From Candidatus Poribacteria bacterium (GTDB taxonomy: Bacteria; Poribacteria; WGA-4E; PCPOR2b): 64,000 bases of DNA. Under the pieces are notes generated by a model. The model saw nothing but the letters and a program-made list of their open reading frames with translations, was not told the DNA's origin and searched no databases. Each line of letters begins with the position of its first letter. The stretch's first letter is position 1. A program made the position numbers and the translations under genes. The stretch spans positions 2,464,001 to 2,528,000 of the forward strand of contig OZ240245.1 in NCBI GenBank assembly GCA_965198175.1, read 5' to 3'. Shown piece after piece: positions 40,633 through 51,884 of the stretch.

Positions 40633-42711
40633 ATGGCACGGGAATACCCAATTGAACGGGTGCGTAATATTGGTATCATGGCGCACATCGACGCCGGCAA
40701 AACGACGACAACAGAGCGGATTTTATTCTACACGGGCAAAAAACACAAGATCGGCAAAGTAGATGACGGCACGGCTGAGATGGATTGGATGGTTCAGGAA
40801 CGCGAACATGGCATCACTATTACGGCTGCTGCCACGACCTGCTTCTGGCATGATCACGCCATCCATCTGATCGACACACCAGGTCACGTCGATTTCACTG
40901 TTGAAGTCGAGCGTTCACTCCGGGTGCTCGACGGAGCCATCGCTCTATTTTGCGCCGTTGGCGGTGTTGAGCCCCAGTCCGAAACAGTTTGGCATCAGGC
41001 GGATCGATATCGCATTCCTCGCATCGCCTTCGTAAACAAGATGGATCGGGTCGGCGCGAATTTCTCGCGTGTTATTAAGATGATGAAAGAGGTACTGGAT
41101 GCTAAACCCCTGTTAACTCAACTGCCAATCGGATCTGACAGCCAGTTTTCCGGTGTGATAGATCTCATCCGAATGAAAACTATCCGCTGGAATATCGACG
41201 ATCAAGGGTCGACATTTGATTCAGAGAACATTCTTCCGGAACTACAATCAGAAGCCCAAGAGGCACGAGAGGCGATGATTGAGGTTATCGCCGGTGAGGA
41301 TGACATCCTGCTTGAGAAATACATCGAAGGTGACGAAATTACAGAAGCTGAATTGCTAAATGGGATACGCAGCGGCACGCTAAAAAACGCATTCTGTCCG
41401 GTTTTATGCGGGGCTTCTCTAAAAAACCAAGGCGTGCAGCCGTTGCTTGATGCAGTCATTCACTTTTTGCCTTCGCCGCTTGATGTGCCGCCGATTGAGG
41501 GAATGCTTCCCCGGACAGATGAGCCGGACATCCGCGAAGCAAAAGATAACGCCCCGTTCTCAGCTTTGGCGTTTAAAATCGCAAGCGATCCGAATGTGGA
41601 TAAGATTGTTTACTGTCGAGTCTACTCTGGGACTCTCAAGCGCGGTGATGTGCTCTACAACGTGGCGAAAGATACAAAAGAGCGAGTGTCTCGAATTTTA
41701 GAAATGCACGCCAACAAGCAAGAGGTCTGCGATGAAATGCATGCAGGAGACATCGTGGCACTTGTGGGGTTGAAAAATACTGCTACCGGTGACACGCTGG
41801 CACATGTCGCACATCCGATTTTGCTAGAATCGATAAAATTCCCGGATCCGGTTATCTCCGTCGCCATCGAACCGACATCCCAGAGCGACAAGGACAAACT
41901 GGAAGAGACGCTTCAATTCTTAATGGAGGAGGACCCGACGTTCTCGGTCGCCATTGACAAAGAAACGGGACAGAGAGTAATCTCCGGCATGGGAGAACTT
42001 CATCTAGAAATCTTGACAGATCGAATGATTCGGGAGTTTGGAGTCAACGCGCGCGTCAGTAAGTTACAGGTTGCGTATCGGGAGACAGTCGGTGCGGTTG
42101 CAGAGGCGCAGGGGAAGTATATTCACAAAACGGACGACAAAGGTATATACGGGGATGTTGTGCTTCGGGTCGAGCCACTCACCAGGAAAGAAGGATTTCA
42201 ATTCGTCAATGAGAGTGACGAGGTGCAAATTCCGCGTCAATATGTCCCCGCCATTGAAAGCGCGCTGAAAGGAGCAATGAACAATGGAGTTTTAGCGGGC
42301 GTTCCGATGCAAGATATCAAAGTTGTGCTCACCGGTGGCTCATGCCATGAAACGGATTCATCAGAAATTGGGTTCGAAGCTGCTGCTGTCGTCGCATTTG
42401 AGAATGCGCTCAACAAAGCGCATCCCCTCTTACTAGAGCCCATCATGAAAATTCAAGTCATTGTGCCTAGTGAGTCAATTGGAAAAGTGATTGGCGATCT
42501 CAGCGCACGGCGCGCCCAGATTAACGAAACGGAGAGCCGTGAATCATCAGAAGTTCTCAACGCGTATGTTCCATTAGTGGAAACCTTCCAATATACAACG
42601 AATCTGCGGTCGATGACGCAAGGACGCGGGACGTTCACGATGGAGCTCGCGCATTACGACGTTGTACCCACGAACCTCCGCGATAAGATACTGAATCGAA
42701 ACTGGTTTTAA
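40633..42711 (+). CDS. fusA: Elongation factor G paralog (stand-alone, divergent)
   Basis: [37 protein letters not shown]; no rpsL/rpsG/tuf nearby. Confidence 0.92.
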   Translation: MAREYPIERVRNIGIMAHIDAGKTTTTERILFYTGKKHKIGKVDDGTAEMDWMVQEREHGITITAAATTCFWHDHAIHLIDTPGHVDFTVEVERSLRVLDGAIALFCAVGGVEPQSETVWHQADRYRIPRIAFVNKMDRVGANFSRVIKMMKEVLDAKPLLTQLPIGSDSQFSGVIDLIRMKTIRWNIDDQGSTFDSENILPELQSEAQEAREAMIEVIAGEDDILLEKYIEGDEITEAELLNGIRSGTLKNAFCPVLCGASLKNQGVQPLLDAVIHFLPSPLDVPPIEGMLPRTDEPDIREAKDNAPFSALAFKIASDPNVDKIVYCRVYSGTLKRGDVLYNVAKDTKERVSRILEMHANKQEVCDEMHAGDIVALVGLKNTATGDTLAHVAHPILLESIKFPDPVISVAIEPTSQSDKDKLEETLQFLMEEDPTFSVAIDKETGQRVISGMGELHLEILTDRMIREFGVNARVSKLQVAYRETVGAVAEAQGKYIHKTDDKGIYGDVVLRVEPLTRKEGFQFVNESDEVQIPRQYVPAIESALKGAMNNGVLAGVPMQDIKVVLTGGSCHETDSSEIGFEAAAVVAFENALNKAHPLLLEPIMKIQVIVPSESIGKVIGDLSARRAQINETESRESSEVLNAYVPLVETFQYTTNLRSMTQGRGTFTMELAHYDVVPTNLRDKILNRNWF

Positions 42712-42732
42712 GATGACAAATCCGGTTGAAGC

Positions 42733-43911
42733 GTGGCAGTAATCCCAGTCTATCGAAAAGACTTGGGCTACTCGGCATCACGTATCACAAATCACATGTT
42801 CAGAAGGGCAATTGAATTCGGGACGATTGTGAGTTCCTTTATTGTTCAGCGCATACGCTACCGCCAAGTATTGCCTGCTGACTTTAAGCCGCATCGGATT
42901 CTTGTCGTGAAGTTGGATCACCTAGGTGATGTGTTACTCGCCACCCCAGTTTTTTCAAATTTACGCCGTGCCTATCCACACGCACAAATCCATGCGCTCG
43001 TTGGAAGTATAGGCGCCTATGTTCTACGCAACCATCCCGATGTTGACAAAATCATACAGTATGATGCGCGTTTTTTCTGTCGATCCGGACGACCGATGGG
43101 TCTGCGTGATGCATCTCAGCTATTCCGTAGGCTCCGCCTCAAAAAATACGATTTGCTAATCGATTTGCGAGGAGACTGGCTGACAGTAAATTTCGCTCTG
43201 TTTAAAGGGGCGCTTTACCGTTTTGACCTCGCATCACTACAAGCCGAGAATAAACTCGGATATTTTACCTTCACCAGTTCACACGAAGTTGATCGCAACC
43301 TCGATGTCCTCCGTGCTGCAAGCATCCCGACACCCCACAAAACACCCACCTTTCGCACGACACTTGCCGATCAGCGCTGGACTGATGGTTTTCTCAGCAA
43401 CGCAAATGTCGTCAAAGATCGCCCCTTGATTGCCATCCATCCCGGATCTCCAATTAAACTCAAGCGTTGGCGTGCTGAACGTTTCGCCGCAGTCGCGGAT
43501 TGGCTTATTGCACACAAGGACGCCCAGATTCTATTTGTTGGCGAGAAATCCGAGTCCTCAGTAATTGCTAGCGTTCAAAAACAGATGCATCGGAAAGCAA
43601 TCAGTGTCGCAGGTAAAACAATCCTATCTCAACTCGCTGAAATCCTGAGGCGTTGCGATCTGTTTATTGGGAATGACAGTGGCCCCATGCACCTTGCCGC
43701 CGCTATTGGAACCCAGACGATTGGGTTGTATGGGCCAGGCAATCCAGCACGTTTTGGACCTGTAGGTGCCCATAGCTGCACGATTCGGCGGATGCCTAAT
43801 TGCCCGCCGTGTATGGGAACTTCCTGTAAATTCGGCGGGGAGGGATGTATGAAAGAGATTGAGGTAGACGAGGTGATCCACGTGGCTGATCGACATTTGA
43901 TACACACATAG
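42733..43911 (+). CDS. Glycosyltransferase family 9 (LPS heptosyltransferase)
   Basis: HLGDVLLATP, HPG..KRW, NDSGPMHLAAA. Confidence 0.92.
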   Translation: MAVIPVYRKDLGYSASRITNHMFRRAIEFGTIVSSFIVQRIRYRQVLPADFKPHRILVVKLDHLGDVLLATPVFSNLRRAYPHAQIHALVGSIGAYVLRNHPDVDKIIQYDARFFCRSGRPMGLRDASQLFRRLRLKKYDLLIDLRGDWLTVNFALFKGALYRFDLASLQAENKLGYFTFTSSHEVDRNLDVLRAASIPTPHKTPTFRTTLADQRWTDGFLSNANVVKDRPLIAIHPGSPIKLKRWRAERFAAVADWLIAHKDAQILFVGEKSESSVIASVQKQMHRKAISVAGKTILSQLAEILRRCDLFIGNDSGPMHLAAAIGTQTIGLYGPGNPARFGPVGAHSCTIRRMPNCPPCMGTSCKFGGEGCMKEIEVDEVIHVADRHLIHT

Positions 43912-44011
43912 ATTTTAATAAAGGAAAAAAGCTAGCCCAAGACCTCTGAATCCTGCCGCCGTTACGACATGCAATATCCTCACGCAGAACTCAAAATCGT
44001 ATGAAGTCGAA

Positions 44012-44752
44012 TTAAGGCGATTCATCAGAAACGGCGAGGAATTTTTCAATCTCCGTCTTGAGGTCGTGATTCACCTCTAGGATACTTCGAGAAGCATCGA
44101 CCACTGTAAAACCAAATTCATCGGTCATCTTATCAAACTGTTCAAGGATTCGAGTTTGATACCGCACAAAACTCTCATACACATCCCCTGAGAGGCCAAT
44201 ATCCATACCCGACTCCCAGTAGCTCATGCTGCGCCCAGATTCAAAGGTACGCCGAATTAAATCCTCAACGCCAATCCTCAAGTAGATGATGAGATCCGGT
44301 ATCAACGCAAAGCCGTAGACCTTGCGAAGCCAGCTTGGATTGATGCCGCGTACGATGTGCCGCGCAAAGGCGGTGTACATATAGCGGTCCGCAAGAACGA
44401 TAAATCCCCCTTTGAGAGCCGGAATAATCACATTTTCAAGTCGATCGGCAAAATCAGCGGCATACAAAACGCTGAAAGTAATCTGATTTAGAGTATTGCC
44501 TCTCTTAACTGTGTCAATTGCTGGACCCAATAATGGCGAGCGTGTCCATCCTGTATTGACAACACCATAACCCTTCACCTCAAGCCATTTCGTCAAATTG
44601 TCACTCAGTGTCGGTTTGCCAAGGCTATCGACGCCCTCAATATGTGTTGATCTGCCAACCGCATCAGTCCCTTCAATGACAATTAGTCTGCCAGACAAAT
44701 CGCTCACATCAAGGTAGGGCATGCCGTCACCGTAAAAAATCCGGTCTTTCAT
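44012..44752 (-). CDS. Thymidylate kinase-like protein 2
   Basis: IEGTDAVGRST, AADFADRLE, LADRY, YWESGMD. Confidence 0.88.
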   Translation of the reverse strand: MKDRIFYGDGMPYLDVSDLSGRLIVIEGTDAVGRSTHIEGVDSLGKPTLSDNLTKWLEVKGYGVVNTGWTRSPLLGPAIDTVKRGNTLNQITFSVLYAADFADRLENVIIPALKGGFIVLADRYMYTAFARHIVRGINPSWLRKVYGFALIPDLIIYLRIGVEDLIRRTFESGRSMSYWESGMDIGLSGDVYESFVRYQTRILEQFDKMTDEFGFTVVDASRSILEVNHDLKTEIEKFLAVSDESP

Positions 44753-44889
44753 CTGTTTTCCCTTGTCAAATTAAGTTAGCGCCGAACGAAAGTTTAACAG
44801 CCTTGTACACTTTTCCAAAGCCTTCTGGGCTATAGTTTAAACGCACTGTTTCTTAATGGGACGCCAAACTATGAGAGGGGTACTAACGC

Positions 44890-45603
44890 TTACGCTTCCT
44901 TCTGAAATCGCTCAAGCCCCATTGGTTGATGATGTTTATCATAGTCGATCAATGCCTTCCGAACAACTTCTCTCACAAGTTCCTGCTGCTTGTCAATCGG
45001 ACCGCTGCCGTCAACCACAGTCAATCCAAATTCAGTCGCCAATCGATCGTATTCTTTGAGGACGCGACTCTGGAAGATTTTGAAGCTGGATGTCGAATCA
45101 TCACTTAACCCGAGATCCATACCAGCCTCGTAAAATTTGAGTTTTCCGCGCCCAATCCGAATACGCTTAATGGACACATTAATCGGAATCTTGAAATAAA
45201 ACGTAATATCTGGCTTCACAGCGAAGGAATACAAATTACGTACCCAGTCGGGGTGAACACCGCGGGAAACATCTCGTGCGAATGCCGTGTAAGCATAACG
45301 ATCCGCCATCACAATCATTCCCGCTTCTAGAGGCGGCAAAATCATATTTGCCAATCGGTCGGCGAAATCAGTTGCATGCATGATGCTGAATGTCGTCGGG
45401 GTTAGCAAATTTCTCTTTTTTCCTTTTCGGGTTGTCTGCTTCACAAGGGGGGAGGAATTCCATTCCGTGTAGAACACACTATAGCCCTCGGAGATTAGCC
45501 ATTTGCGCAACAGGTCTAATTGGGTGCTCTTTCCGGAACCGTCGATCCCCTCAACGACAAAGAGTCTTCCCGGATATGGATGCGGTCGTGTAATCTTGTT
45601 CAT
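44890..45603 (-). CDS. Thymidylate kinase-like protein 1
   Basis: VEGIDGSGKSTQ, HATDFADRL, MADRY, FYEAGMD. Confidence 0.9.
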   Translation of the reverse strand: MNKITRPHPYPGRLFVVEGIDGSGKSTQLDLLRKWLISEGYSVFYTEWNSSPLVKQTTRKGKKRNLLTPTTFSIMHATDFADRLANMILPPLEAGMIVMADRYAYTAFARDVSRGVHPDWVRNLYSFAVKPDITFYFKIPINVSIKRIRIGRGKLKFYEAGMDLGLSDDSTSSFKIFQSRVLKEYDRLATEFGLTVVDGSGPIDKQQELVREVVRKALIDYDKHHQPMGLERFQKEA

Positions 45604-45975
45604 TTTTCCCTCCTGCTTATCGCTATTAGCTGTGCACTCCCTAATCGCTGCTCCTTAAACCGAGAAGTAAACTGCTGGTTTGCTCCGTGAGATTGGTACA
45701 GCGCCAAATAAGTATGTGGATATTTACCATAGTCTACCACATGCGAGATGGGATTGTAAATACCATCAAGGGTTTCCTTCAAAAGACACAAGCAAAGCCT
45801 GTATATGCAGATTCGAGAGCTTCTGAAACCGAATCCCATCAATCGGCAAATCATACCGTGTGTTCAATTTAGAAGGCTGCTATCTCGCATTCACTAGGAG
45901 CGTATATATTGAAAGGCAAACGTCGGTCGTTTCTAAAGGGAATTCACTCGACCGTGTGTGAGACAGCCCTGACCG

Positions 45976-47010
45976 TCAAGCCACAGTGGAAGTTATGGCT
46001 TCGCCCAACATCTGACGCGCCAAAACAGCTCCGCCGATGACACCCGCGTCGTCGCCGAGTTTCGCACCTACGATTTGGACACCATTCATCGTACTGGGTA
46101 AAACGTGGTTCTCTGCCACGCAGCGGATACCTGCCAAGAAATCATCTCCCATCGCCTCGATAACCCCTCCGCCAAGCACAATCATCTCAGGGTTTAAGAA
46201 ATTAACAATCGAAGCAACACCGATGCCCAGATATCTCTCGGTGCGATGCATCACCTTCGTCGTCAATTTGTCACCCCGATGCACCGCTTTTGCTAAGGTG
46301 CTACTGCGAATCAAATCCAGATTTCCACCGTTCAACTTTAGCAGAATGCTCGCCTTGCCATGTTTGAGAATGGCTTTCCGGAGTTGCCGGGTAATGGCTG
46401 TACGGCTCGCAACAGCTTCCAAACACCCTAAATTTCCGCAACCGCACCGCGGACCGTTGGATTTGACGATAATGTGTCCGACCTCACCGGCAGTTTTGCT
46501 CGCACCATGGAAGAGCTTCCCATCTAAAATGATCCCACCGCCGATTCCGGTGCCGACAAAAATCCCAACGACGGATTTCACCCCCTGCCCGACTCCAAAG
46601 GCTGACTCGCCCAACGCGCATAAATTGACGTCGTTATCGACGAATGTCGAGATGCCCATACGTGCTTCAAGTTCTGATTTGAGAGGGACATTCGACCAGC
46701 CGAGGTTCGGGGCAAAGATAACAACGCCGGTCTCCGGATCCAGTGGCCCCGGTGCGCCAATTCCAATCGCCCGAATCTGGGAGGTTTCGAGCCCCGCTAG
46801 ACCAATCGCTTTTCGGATACACCGAACAATCCGATCAATCACTTCACTCGCGCCTTTATCCGCTCTCGTAGCCGTTTTCGATTGAGATATGATACCTCCT
46901 ACTACGTTGATGACTGACGCTAGAATCTTTGTGCCGCCCATATCGACACCGACAACAAAGTTATCATCAGAGGTCGAAATCCCTGTCAATCGCGCTTGTG
47001 GATCGCTCAT
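45976..47010 (-). CDS. ROK family sugar kinase (glucokinase-like)
   Basis: GVDMGGTK, NDVN, GTGIGGG, GEVGH, CGCGNLGCLE. Confidence 0.93.
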   Translation of the reverse strand: MSDPQARLTGISTSDDNFVVGVDMGGTKILASVINVVGGIISQSKTATRADKGASEVIDRIVRCIRKAIGLAGLETSQIRAIGIGAPGPLDPETGVVIFAPNLGWSNVPLKSELEARMGISTFVDNDVNLCALGESAFGVGQGVKSVVGIFVGTGIGGGIILDGKLFHGASKTAGEVGHIIVKSNGPRCGCGNLGCLEAVASRTAITRQLRKAILKHGKASILLKLNGGNLDLIRSSTLAKAVHRGDKLTTKVMHRTERYLGIGVASIVNFLNPEMIVLGGGVIEAMGDDFLAGIRCVAENHVLPSTMNGVQIVGAKLGDDAGVIGGAVLARQMLGEAITSTVA

Positions 47011-47063
47011 CCGACTCAACTCCTTACGAGAATCTATTGATCGTCGAAGAGACGGCTTCTAAT

Positions 47064-47803
47064 CTAGAAGAGAAAGGTGTGTGCGATGATAAAGTAAGAT
47101 AAGATACCAAGAATATCAATTGAAGTAGTGACGAATGACCCGGTCACGATAGCGGGGTCGATTCATATCCGCTTAAAAAGCATTGGAATGATTGTGCCAA
47201 CGGTAGCGGCGAGGATCATGTTGACACAGATTGACAAAGCGACGACAATTGGAAACCAACCCGCTTCCATCTTCCAGTGAAGTACCATTGCAAATATGCC
47301 CAGAAGAATACCATAGATACTACCGAGAGCGGCACCGGTCACAAATTCACGCCACAAAACTTTCCACGCTTCCTTGAAATTCACTTCCCCAGTTGCGAGT
47401 CCCCGTTCGATAATTGTCGATGACTGGGTGCCGATATTGCCGCCCATACCCATGATAATCGGAATGAAAGCTGCGAATGCCGCAATTTGTTTTAATTGTC
47501 CCTCAAATCTGCCGATCAGTTACACAGCAACCAATCCGCCGACAAAACTTGCGAGCAACCACGGCAAGCGTGCGCGAGTATTTTTGAAGATGGATTTGGA
47601 TGCGATATCGATAGCGCCTGTTCCCGCCATTTTTGGCATATCTTCTGTGTTTTCTCTTCGGGGCGCGAGTGCAAAAACCAGTATGCAATATCCGCCGAAT
47701 GTGTCTTTGCGATAACATTTTTGAGGTTCGGTAACGCCCTGCGTTTTATAAGTTTTATCACCATTGAGATGAGAAATTCATCTCGGTCGCGTGTAGTTAT
47801 CAT
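47064..47803 (-). pseudogene. mgtE: Magnesium transporter MgtE remnant
   Basis: RLPWLL, MGGNIGTQ, IDPA..FVTTSID; CBS region deleted with frameshift near 47650; stops at 47520-47522 and 47163-47165. Confidence 0.88.
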
Positions 47804-47841
47804 GTCTTTGTTGTTCCTATAAGGTCATAGTAGGTGCTCAC

Positions 47842-48927
47842 CTATTTCTCAAAAGTCTTCGCGCGTTGACGGAGGAAGTGATCAACCAGAACCAGCGCAA
47901 CCATTGCCTCGACAATCGACACCGCCCGAGGTAACACACATGGATCATGCCGCCCATGTGCGGATAAAACTACTGCGTTACCATGGATGTCCACGGTTTC
48001 CTGCGGCTTGCGGATTGTCGATGTTGGTTTGAAAGCGACTTGTAAAAGAATATTTTCGCCGTTTGAAATACCCCCTTGGATGCCGCCAGAGTTGTTTGTC
48101 CGCGTGCGAATGCGCTCCTGATCGGTGTAAAACGAATCGTTATGCTGCGAACCGGTCATCGTCACACTTTCAAAACCTGACCCGATCTGGACGCCCATTG
48201 TCGCCGGGAGGGACATCATCGCCTTTGCCAAATCCGCCTTGAGCTTGTCAAACACCGGTTCACCGAGCCCAATCGGAACGTTCCGCGACACCGACTCGAT
48301 AATCCCACCAAGCGAATCACCATCTCGCCTCGCTTGATCGATGCGTTCTGTCATCTGCTTACTGGCTTTGGGTTCCGGGCATCTAGCTAGGCTCGATTCA
48401 ATCTTATCTAGGGTAACCGTTTCCGAATCGACATCGGCGACTATCGTGTGAATCTGCTTGACGTAGGCGAGTATTTCTGTGTTGCACTGCTCCCGCAAGA
48501 TTTGTTTTGCAATTGCGCCTGCTGCCACCCGTCCAATTGTTTCGCGTGCACTCGCCCGACCACCCCCTTGCCAGTTGCGGATGCCGTACTTCTGCCGGTA
48601 AGTGAAGTCGGCATGAGACGGTCGATAAATGTCTTTTAGGTGTTCATAGGCGGAGGGTTTTGCATCCTTGTTCCATACCAACATGGAGATTGGTGTCCCA
48701 AGTGTCTTGCCTTCAAATACACCTGATAAAACCTGCACCACATCCGTTTCCTGACGTGGAGTTGTAAGATGACTCTGTCCCGGACGACGCCGATCGAGTT
48801 CCGTCTGAATAGCTTCGATGTCGATTTTCAGCTGCGACGGACATCCATCAATCACGACGCCAATGGCGTCGCCATGCGATTCGCCCCACGTCGTGATTCG
48901 AAAAAGATGACCGAAGGTATTTCCCAT
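47842..48927 (-). CDS. aroC: Chorismate synthase
   Basis: [33 protein letters not shown]. Confidence 0.97.
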   Translation of the reverse strand: MGNTFGHLFRITTWGESHGDAIGVVIDGCPSQLKIDIEAIQTELDRRRPGQSHLTTPRQETDVVQVLSGVFEGKTLGTPISMLVWNKDAKPSAYEHLKDIYRPSHADFTYRQKYGIRNWQGGGRASARETIGRVAAGAIAKQILREQCNTEILAYVKQIHTIVADVDSETVTLDKIESSLARCPEPKASKQMTERIDQARRDGDSLGGIIESVSRNVPIGLGEPVFDKLKADLAKAMMSLPATMGVQIGSGFESVTMTGSQHNDSFYTDQERIRTRTNNSGGIQGGISNGENILLQVAFKPTSTIRKPQETVDIHGNAVVLSAHGRHDPCVLPRAVSIVEAMVALVLVDHFLRQRAKTFEK

Positions 48928-49159
48928 GGTGATACCCCCAATCTAACCGATATTAGTTCCGTATCGAATGATGTCCAAAATCCCTCTTGACAATGCTATC
49001 AAGATTGATTACCCTATCTTTATAATTGATGTGGATGACTTGGCAAATATAGCATATCATTACCTGAATATCAACTGAAAATCTTTAATTCACCTTGAAT
49101 CGCGACGCAAACGCAAATATATCGAAGCCTTTGTGGCAGGATTACGGAGGAGGAAAAAA

Positions 49160-49852
49160 TTGATTAGGAAAATTTTCAAACGGTTACAAATCAGTTGGGT
49201 GCTCACCTTTATCCTCGTCGGAGTGCTTTGGAATACACCGATAGTATATCCGCTGAAACTTCTCGTGGTATTCTTGCACGAACTCAGTCACGGCATTGCA
49301 GCGGTGGCGACTGGGGGTAGCATTGAAGAAATTGTTGTCGTACCCCAAGAAGGCGGGCACACACTCACAATCGGCGGTTCGCGCTTCTGGACGCTCTCAG
49401 CCGGATATCTTGGAAGTCTAGTTTGGGGCGGATTGATTCTCGTGCTGGCTGCACGAACCCACCTTGACAAGCTGCTCAGCGTAGTGATCGGTGCTGGTAT
49501 GATCCTCGTTTCGATCTGTTATGGGGGAAACTGGTTTGTGCACCTTTTCGGTATTGCGTTTGGTGGAGGGCTTATTCTCGTCGGCGGCTTACTCCCGGAG
49601 TCCATCAACGACTGGATTCTTCGAGTCATCGGTTTTACCAGTTGCCTCTACGCTATCCTCGATATTAAGAGTGACGTATTAGATCGTAGCGGGGTTCGCT
49701 CCGACGCGCGTATGCTCCATGAAGAGCTCACGCCATTCATTCCAACCGTTGCTTGGGGAATCCTCTGGATCATTATTGCTATCATTGGTACCTTCTTCTT
49801 CTTGTACCTTTCGGGCGAAGATAAGGCGGATTTAGATGAAACAACGCAATGA
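49160..49852 (+). CDS. M50B-like membrane metallopeptidase
   Basis: HELSHG, AGYLG, SDA; GGAGG before TTG 49160. Confidence 0.85.
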   Translation: MIRKIFKRLQISWVLTFILVGVLWNTPIVYPLKLLVVFLHELSHGIAAVATGGSIEEIVVVPQEGGHTLTIGGSRFWTLSAGYLGSLVWGGLILVLAARTHLDKLLSVVIGAGMILVSICYGGNWFVHLFGIAFGGGLILVGGLLPESINDWILRVIGFTSCLYAILDIKSDVLDRSGVRSDARMLHEELTPFIPTVAWGILWIIIAIIGTFFFLYLSGEDKADLDETTQ

Positions 49853-49888
49853 TGGAAAGGCATGATCCATCCTTGAGTTTCCCAGCAC

Positions 49889-51838
49889 TTACGGCCAAAA
49901 CTGATATAACGGGGTGTTGGTTACAATGCTCAAAACGCTCCAGATGTGACCCAGGATATAGTCTCCCAATGCAATCCCTAGGAAGAAGGGAATTGCGCGG
50001 TGATAAGCTCGAAACCCACCGTGACGCAAGATTGCCGCCTTGAGTATCCATGTGATGAAAAAACAGCACCACATGTTGTACATTCCTCCAAAACCCCCGC
50101 TTGGGTTCGCCACGGCATAGCCGAGAGGATGAAGTGGCCACCACAGAAAACGCGACCGCAAAAACATCAGCAAAGTGGTCAATCCAAGGCCTCCTCCCAT
50201 AAAAGCGAGCGCGAGCACATCCGTGTCCTGTGGATAATTTAGCCAGTTCTCCAATTGGCGATACACACCGCGCCCAAACCACAACGTCCAAGGTCCGTAG
50301 TACCCCGTTTCTGCGCCGTGTCGGTAGTAGTTATCCAGCAACATCCAAAAGATAGTGGCAGATCCAAGCAGGGTCGCCATAAGAATCGCCGTCGCCATGT
50401 GGCGCGGGTTGATATTTCGCCTTTCCGATATCTTCAAGGCTTCGAGTTGATCCGGCATCGGATGGGCGCGATACGCGCGATTGAAAAACATATAAAGCGA
50501 AAATACAGTTAGATTGCCAGCGCCAAGTCGACGTGTGCCAAACCCGTCAATCATCATGCTGTGCGGATCAATGTAGTGTAAATCGTGGACGAGCAAACCC
50601 GATTCAGCACGCAACCGGGTGATGATGGTCCCCAACAAAAAGTAAATTCCAAAGTAAATAGGCACAACCCATAAAGACAGCCCCGCTTGAAGGGAAAACA
50701 CCATCAGAAACGCCATCCCCATCACAATGCCTCCCCCCGCAAATCGATACGACATCGGTTCACGGGAATCGTCAAGCTGCGACGGAGATGCGCGAGGACT
50801 CAGCAGGTGATGCGCCAAACGCTTGATATGAGATTTGCCAGCCCAGAGTACGAATCCCAACAGTCCAACGTAAGCACCAAAGCCCTGTTCGTTGGCATAA
50901 GGGAAACGTTGGAGATTTCGCCAACCCATCACGCCGCCAATCATTATTTCGAGCTGATAAAACCAAAAAAACGCCCAGCATGAAAACAGTAGATTCAGCG
51001 GGATAAGAAAGCTAATCCCAATAGCAAAGGGATAGAAGGCGACTCCCACGTGTCCCATCATGTTCCAAGGACGGCTAGTGAAGTATTGGTGGATGACCTG
51101 ACGCTTGACCGGAAGATAAGGCGCGGCGGGGTAAATTGAATTGAGCAGGTTCATCGTGCTGATAAGTGCTGCGATGCTAAATCCAATCCACATCAGTCGA
51201 TTCGTAAAGAAACCAGATTTCGTATCTGTCATCCGCAGCGGAAGCTGAATAATTGGATAAGTCAGCCGCTCATGCTCTGTCCATTGAATGCGCAATAGGG
51301 TATTCATGCAGAGCATCACGAACATCAACACCAAGATGAACGAAGTCCACGCGACAATGGGAAGAAACCACGCCCTCAAATATCGCTGTGTATAGAAGCT
51401 TGTCCCACCTTCGTAGTAAGCGACAAGCGCCGTTTCATCCTGAACGGTGAGCCAATTTGGGAGGTGCCTCCAAAATAACTCACGCCACTCGTTTTCAGGC
51501 GTCGCAAATCGGAAAGGATGCCCCATACTCGATATCAGGATTTCCATCATGTCGTGCGAACAGAGTGACGAAACAATGCACAACATGACATAGATGGTGA
51601 GCAGTTCACGCGGTTCCAGTCTAAGTCTAGCGGAGATTTTGCCCAGTACGTGACCAATCAGGAGCAGCCAAAAGACGATGAAAATAACGTTTGAGAGCGG
51701 GTGGATGAGCGTTGGGTGGGTGTAGCGAACAACTTCAAGCTGGATGAGCCAGTAGGCATTAACGAGAATGAGTAACAGCCCAATGACGAAGGACTTGCGT
51801 GTTAAACCGCTTTGGAAAATAACAGGCGTGTCTTGCAT
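49889..51838 (-). CDS. DUF6785/DUF6784-type polytopic membrane protein (OPT-like putative transporter)
   Basis: ERLTYPI, RLRAESG, WWPLHPLGY, PFFLGIALG; start 51838 avoids overlap with the upstream gene. Confidence 0.75.
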   Translation of the reverse strand: MQDTPVIFQSGLTRKSFVIGLLLILVNAYWLIQLEVVRYTHPTLIHPLSNVIFIVFWLLLIGHVLGKISARLRLEPRELLTIYVMLCIVSSLCSHDMMEILISSMGHPFRFATPENEWRELFWRHLPNWLTVQDETALVAYYEGGTSFYTQRYLRAWFLPIVAWTSFILVLMFVMLCMNTLLRIQWTEHERLTYPIIQLPLRMTDTKSGFFTNRLMWIGFSIAALISTMNLLNSIYPAAPYLPVKRQVIHQYFTSRPWNMMGHVGVAFYPFAIGISFLIPLNLLFSCWAFFWFYQLEIMIGGVMGWRNLQRFPYANEQGFGAYVGLLGFVLWAGKSHIKRLAHHLLSPRASPSQLDDSREPMSYRFAGGGIVMGMAFLMVFSLQAGLSLWVVPIYFGIYFLLGTIITRLRAESGLLVHDLHYIDPHSMMIDGFGTRRLGAGNLTVFSLYMFFNRAYRAHPMPDQLEALKISERRNINPRHMATAILMATLLGSATIFWMLLDNYYRHGAETGYYGPWTLWFGRGVYRQLENWLNYPQDTDVLALAFMGGGLGLTTLLMFLRSRFLWWPLHPLGYAVANPSGGFGGMYNMWCCFFITWILKAAILRHGGFRAYHRAIPFFLGIALGDYILGHIWSVLSIVTNTPLYQFWP

Positions 51839-51884
51839 TGGTGTGGATTTCACAGGTTTCTCATTGCACCGCTCTGGGTTACTA

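Noticed and set aside
45604..45975. Short ORFs between the kinase pair and the ROK gene
   Set aside because: No SD or protein-like features; probably promoter region
46037..46885. 282-aa plus-strand ORF
   Set aside because: Antisense shadow of the ROK kinase
47163..47165. Selenocysteine or readthrough TGA in mgtE
   Set aside because: Position is normally Gly, and the gene also has a TAA and a deletion
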